A stretch of 24,000 nt of DNA from an uncultured bacterium (GTDB taxonomy: Bacteria; Poribacteria; WGA-4E; PCPOR2b), in assembly GCA_964577695.1 (NCBI GenBank), contig CAZOAL010000046.1, positions 39,904 through 63,903 of the forward strand, given 5' to 3'. Position 1 is the stretch's first letter. Every line of letters begins with the position of its first letter. This document shows, in pieces, positions 21,739-24,000 of this stretch. The notes below the pieces were generated by a model. It was given only the letters and a program-made list of their open reading frames with translations, was not told the DNA's origin and ran no database searches. A program made the position numbers and the translations under genes.

Positions 21739-21776
21739 GAAAAACTCGGTTTCTAGCCCTTCAAAAAGATGAACCC

Positions 21777-22814
21777 CTACTTTGAATACGACAGCACGAC
21801 GCCATTTCCACCCGTCGCCCAAACGTGGTCTGCATCCATCGCAAAAATATCGGAAATGGGCAGTTTGTTGACCTCCTTGCTGAGGTTTTGATTTTCCCAT
21901 GTATTCCCGCCATCTGTTGTATAGATGACAGCACTGACCCCCAGAGCACCACCCACTGCCCAGCCTATATTCTTGTTGACAAAACGGATGCTCAACAGAT
22001 TTTCCTCCGTACCACTTGTTTGGATCTTCCACTTATTCCCACCATCCGTGGTGTAAAGAATAACGCCGTTCTCGCCGACCACCCAGCCTGTTGAGGCATC
22101 AATAAAGAAAACATTTTTGAGGATATCTTCAACACCTGTAGGTTGATCGACCCACGTTTTTCCACCATCGGAGGTCTTTTCAATGATTCCGTTTTGACCT
22201 CCTGTCGATGGACTCAGCTTAACCCCTGTCGTCCAACCCGTTGATTCATCAACAAAGTAGATACCGTTGAAAACAATCGTGTCTGAATCACCAATTCCAG
22301 CACCAGCTTGACCGCCGCGAATGACCTGCCATGTTTTGCCACCCGTTTTGGTCTGTAAAATCGTTTCACTCATCCCGGCCGCATAACCGACTTTCGCATT
22401 AACAAAGTGAAGCCCGTAAAGCCAGTTATCCATCTTACTCGTTTGGATTTGCCAGCTTTTGCCGCCATCGGTTGTCCCAACAATCAAGCCACCTTCGCCA
22501 ACTGTCCACCCATTTTTCGCATCAGCAAAGTAAACACGGGACAGGATTTTAGGGAGAGCAATTTCCGCTTTCTCCCATGTTTTTCCACCATCTTTGGTGT
22601 GACCGATAAATCCCGGTTCCTCCATCTCCATCGCCGAGACCCCAACGACCCAACCTTCCTTTGGACTAATGAAAGTAATTCCGTTATAATCCCGAATCTC
22701 TGGGTCCTGCTTTTGTAAAATGTTCCACGTTCCCCCGGCATAGAGCATGCTTGTCATAATGCACACAGCCGCGAGTATCATCCCGCCCGTCAGGGCTAAT
22801 CTTTTTTTCAGCAT
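21777..22814 (-). CDS. BNR/Asp-box beta-propeller protein, Ycf48/Hcf136-like, secreted or membrane-anchored
   Basis: Six Asp-box-like motifs (TKDGGKTW, TTDGGKSW, TKTGGKTW, TSDGGKTW, TTDGGNKW, TTDGGNTW). Signal peptide MLKKRLALTGGMILAAVCIM. I prefer the start at 22814 because the predicted promoter's -10 box at 22852-22847 puts the ATG at 22844 upstream of the likely transcription start. 22835 or 22844 remain possible. Confidence 0.8.
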   Translation of the reverse strand: MLKKRLALTGGMILAAVCIMTSMLYAGGTWNILQKQDPEIRDYNGITFISPKEGWVVGVSAMEMEEPGFIGHTKDGGKTWEKAEIALPKILSRVYFADAKNGWTVGEGGLIVGTTDGGKSWQIQTSKMDNWLYGLHFVNAKVGYAAGMSETILQTKTGGKTWQVIRGGQAGAGIGDSDTIVFNGIYFVDESTGWTTGVKLSPSTGGQNGIIEKTSDGGKTWVDQPTGVEDILKNVFFIDASTGWVVGENGVILYTTDGGNKWKIQTSGTEENLLSIRFVNKNIGWAVGGALGVSAVIYTTDGGNTWENQNLSKEVNKLPISDIFAMDADHVWATGGNGVVLSYSK

Positions 22815-22846
22815 AGGTTTTGTGTCTCCTTTCATGATTTTCATTT

Positions 22847-22875
22847 AGTATAGCACCCATCACAAACGCTGTCAA
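22847..22875 (-). promoter_or_regulatory. near-consensus sigma70 promoter for the BNR gene
   Basis: The minus strand reads TTGACA (22875-22870), a 17-nt spacer gcgtttgtgatgggtgc, then TATACT (22852-22847). Confidence 0.65.
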
Positions 22876-22893
22876 GCACAAACACAACGCGAA

Positions 22894-22921
22894 CAATTGA
22901 CAATTGACAATTGACAATTGT
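22894..22921. repeat. heptamer tandem array CAATTGA x4
   Basis: caattga caattga caattga caattgt. It lies 19 nt upstream of the -35 box above. Each unit contains the palindrome CAATTG, and the plus strand spells TTGACA three times in 7-nt phase. Confidence 0.85.
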
Positions 22922-23003
22922 CGATTCTGTTTGCAGCGCCCTCCCTCTCTGGACAATCGTCCCGATGTTCTCAAACATTGAGTGATGGCGCACATCCCCT
23001 GTT

Positions 23004-23315
23004 TTACCTGGCAATAATCACCGCGTATCGGAGTGGCGTATCTCCAACATTACGAATACCGTGCAGCACGCGGCAGTCAACATGGATGGCCTGGTTCTCT
23101 GCGAGTTGATGGGTTTCCTCGCCATACATTACTTCGCCCTCACCCGAAAAGACATAGAAAATCTCCTGTCCATCGTGTTGATGAGGGGCATGCGCCCGCG
23201 TGCCGGCGGCGACTTCGGAAATGTGCAAATGTAGCTTATCCGCGTCAGCTCCCGTTTCAAAGATAAACCGATCAATCCCTTTGATGTCTGTACGAATTTC
23301 AGCGTTCATCGTCAT
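23004..23315 (-). CDS. cupin-domain protein
   Basis: 103 aa. Cupin motifs HAPHQHDGQEIFYVFSGEG and AIHVDCRVLHGIRNVG. The start may be the third codon (ATG 23309), which has better spacing to GAGGT. Confidence 0.8.
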   Translation of the reverse strand: MTMNAEIRTDIKGIDRFIFETGADADKLHLHISEVAAGTRAHAPHQHDGQEIFYVFSGEGEVMYGEETHQLAENQAIHVDCRVLHGIRNVGDTPLRYAVIIAR

Positions 23316-23374
23316 AACCTCGTTTGATCATACTCAGTAGTCCGCAAAAGTGAACATGAACGTCAGATTTCGGA

Positions 23375-24000
23375 CTACTGATACTCAAGAATAATCTTGA
23401 TTGCCTTATCTTTTTTATGTAATGACAACTCGAACCCACGTTGCACCTCAGTAAACGGCAAATGGTGAGTGATGATAGGTGAAACATCAATCCGTCCTTG
23501 CGAAATCATATCCATCGCCAGTGGGAAATCGTTTTGGACATCCGGCCCAACCGACCCAATGAAGTGAATATTTTTTCTGAAAAAGTCGCCAAAATGGAAG
23601 TTATAGACGGGTTCATCAGGTACACCAAATGCAAGGATTGTCCCGCCGCGCTTGACCAGATTTAGACATTGATTGATTGTCTCCGTTTGGTGTCCTACCA
23701 TTTCAACAACCACATCCGCCATCCGACCCTTCGTAATCTCCTGAACCACAGCGACCACATTCACTTCAGCGGCGTTAATGGTATGCGTTGCCCGCATCTG
23801 CTCTGAGACTGCTAAACGATAATCGAGCAGATCAGTGGCAATGATTGTTTTGGCACCAAGATTACTCAACGTATGTGTCATGAGCAATCCCATCGGTCCC
23901 TGACCAACAACCACTGTATCCTGATTCAGCAAGTTACCTAACTTGCGGCATGCCCAGATAACCGTGCCAAGGGGTTGAGACATCAGGATGCAGTCTTTGC
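23375..24000 (-). CDS. zinc-type medium-chain alcohol dehydrogenase/reductase family protein, C-terminal part (5' end outside window)
   Basis: Rossmann motif VVVGQGPMGLLMTHTLSNLGAKTIIATDLLDYRL. The reading frame stays open to the window edge upstream of the track's Met (..KDCILMSQPLGTVIWA), so the N-terminal catalytic domain is missing here. Confidence 0.8.
   Translation of the reverse strand, partial: KDCILMSQPLGTVIWACRKLGNLLNQDTVVVGQGPMGLLMTHTLSNLGAKTIIATDLLDYRLAVSEQMRATHTINAAEVNVVAVVQEITKGRMADVVVEMVGHQTETINQCLNLVKRGGTILAFGVPDEPVYNFHFGDFFRKNIHFIGSVGPDVQNDFPLAMDMISQGRIDVSPIITHHLPFTEVQRGFELSLHKKDKAIKIILEYQ

Overview
Bacterial chromosomal window with the standard genetic code, Shine-Dalgarno-led genes and frequent 4-nt ATGA start/stop overlaps. 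From about 2.5 kb onward nearly all genes are on the minus strand. Core genes: RecQ-family helicase (8003-9952), homoserine kinase thrB (18772-19683), class-I PLP aminotransferase (20385-21551), AmmeMemoRadiSam-type radical SAM enzyme (12729-13844), a cupin, and a partial MDR dehydrogenase. Accessory content: four toxin-antitoxin-like pairs (RelE/ParE + Phd, DUF433 + DUF5615 PIN-like, BECR-like + DUF2283, AF2212-like + MazF); a secreted 12-bladed YWTD (LDL-receptor class B type) protein with a T9SS-type C-terminal sorting domain; an ankyrin + beta-lactamase-fold hydrolase with a duplicated C-terminal module; a BNR/Ycf48-like propeller; a TLC-like transporter; and an unassigned membrane-protein operon (624-2453). 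Most notable observations: (i) the recQ 3' end is present twice, 909 nt apart, with almost purely synonymous differences, and the copies bracket a small wHTH + membrane-protein cassette. (ii) A full-length P-type ATPase homologue has substitutions in TGES, DKTGT, KGAPE, DPPR, MITGD and GDGVND. (iii) An ECF-sigma/Kelch chimeric gene remnant is flanked by palindromic repeat elements, one of them a GTAG-headed REPIN-like nested inverted repeat. (iv) Several families of palindromic and 7/8/16-nt tandem repeats sit in intergenic leaders, including a possible MITE-like insertion with a 17-nt flanking direct repeat. (v) There are several apparent frameshift or nonsense lesions. I saw no rRNA, tRNA, CRISPR, transposase or integrase. 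The eukaryote-like repeat proteins plus the T9SS tag hint at a host-associated lineage, but taxonomy cannot be established from this window. All family calls come from motif recognition by eye, not from searches.
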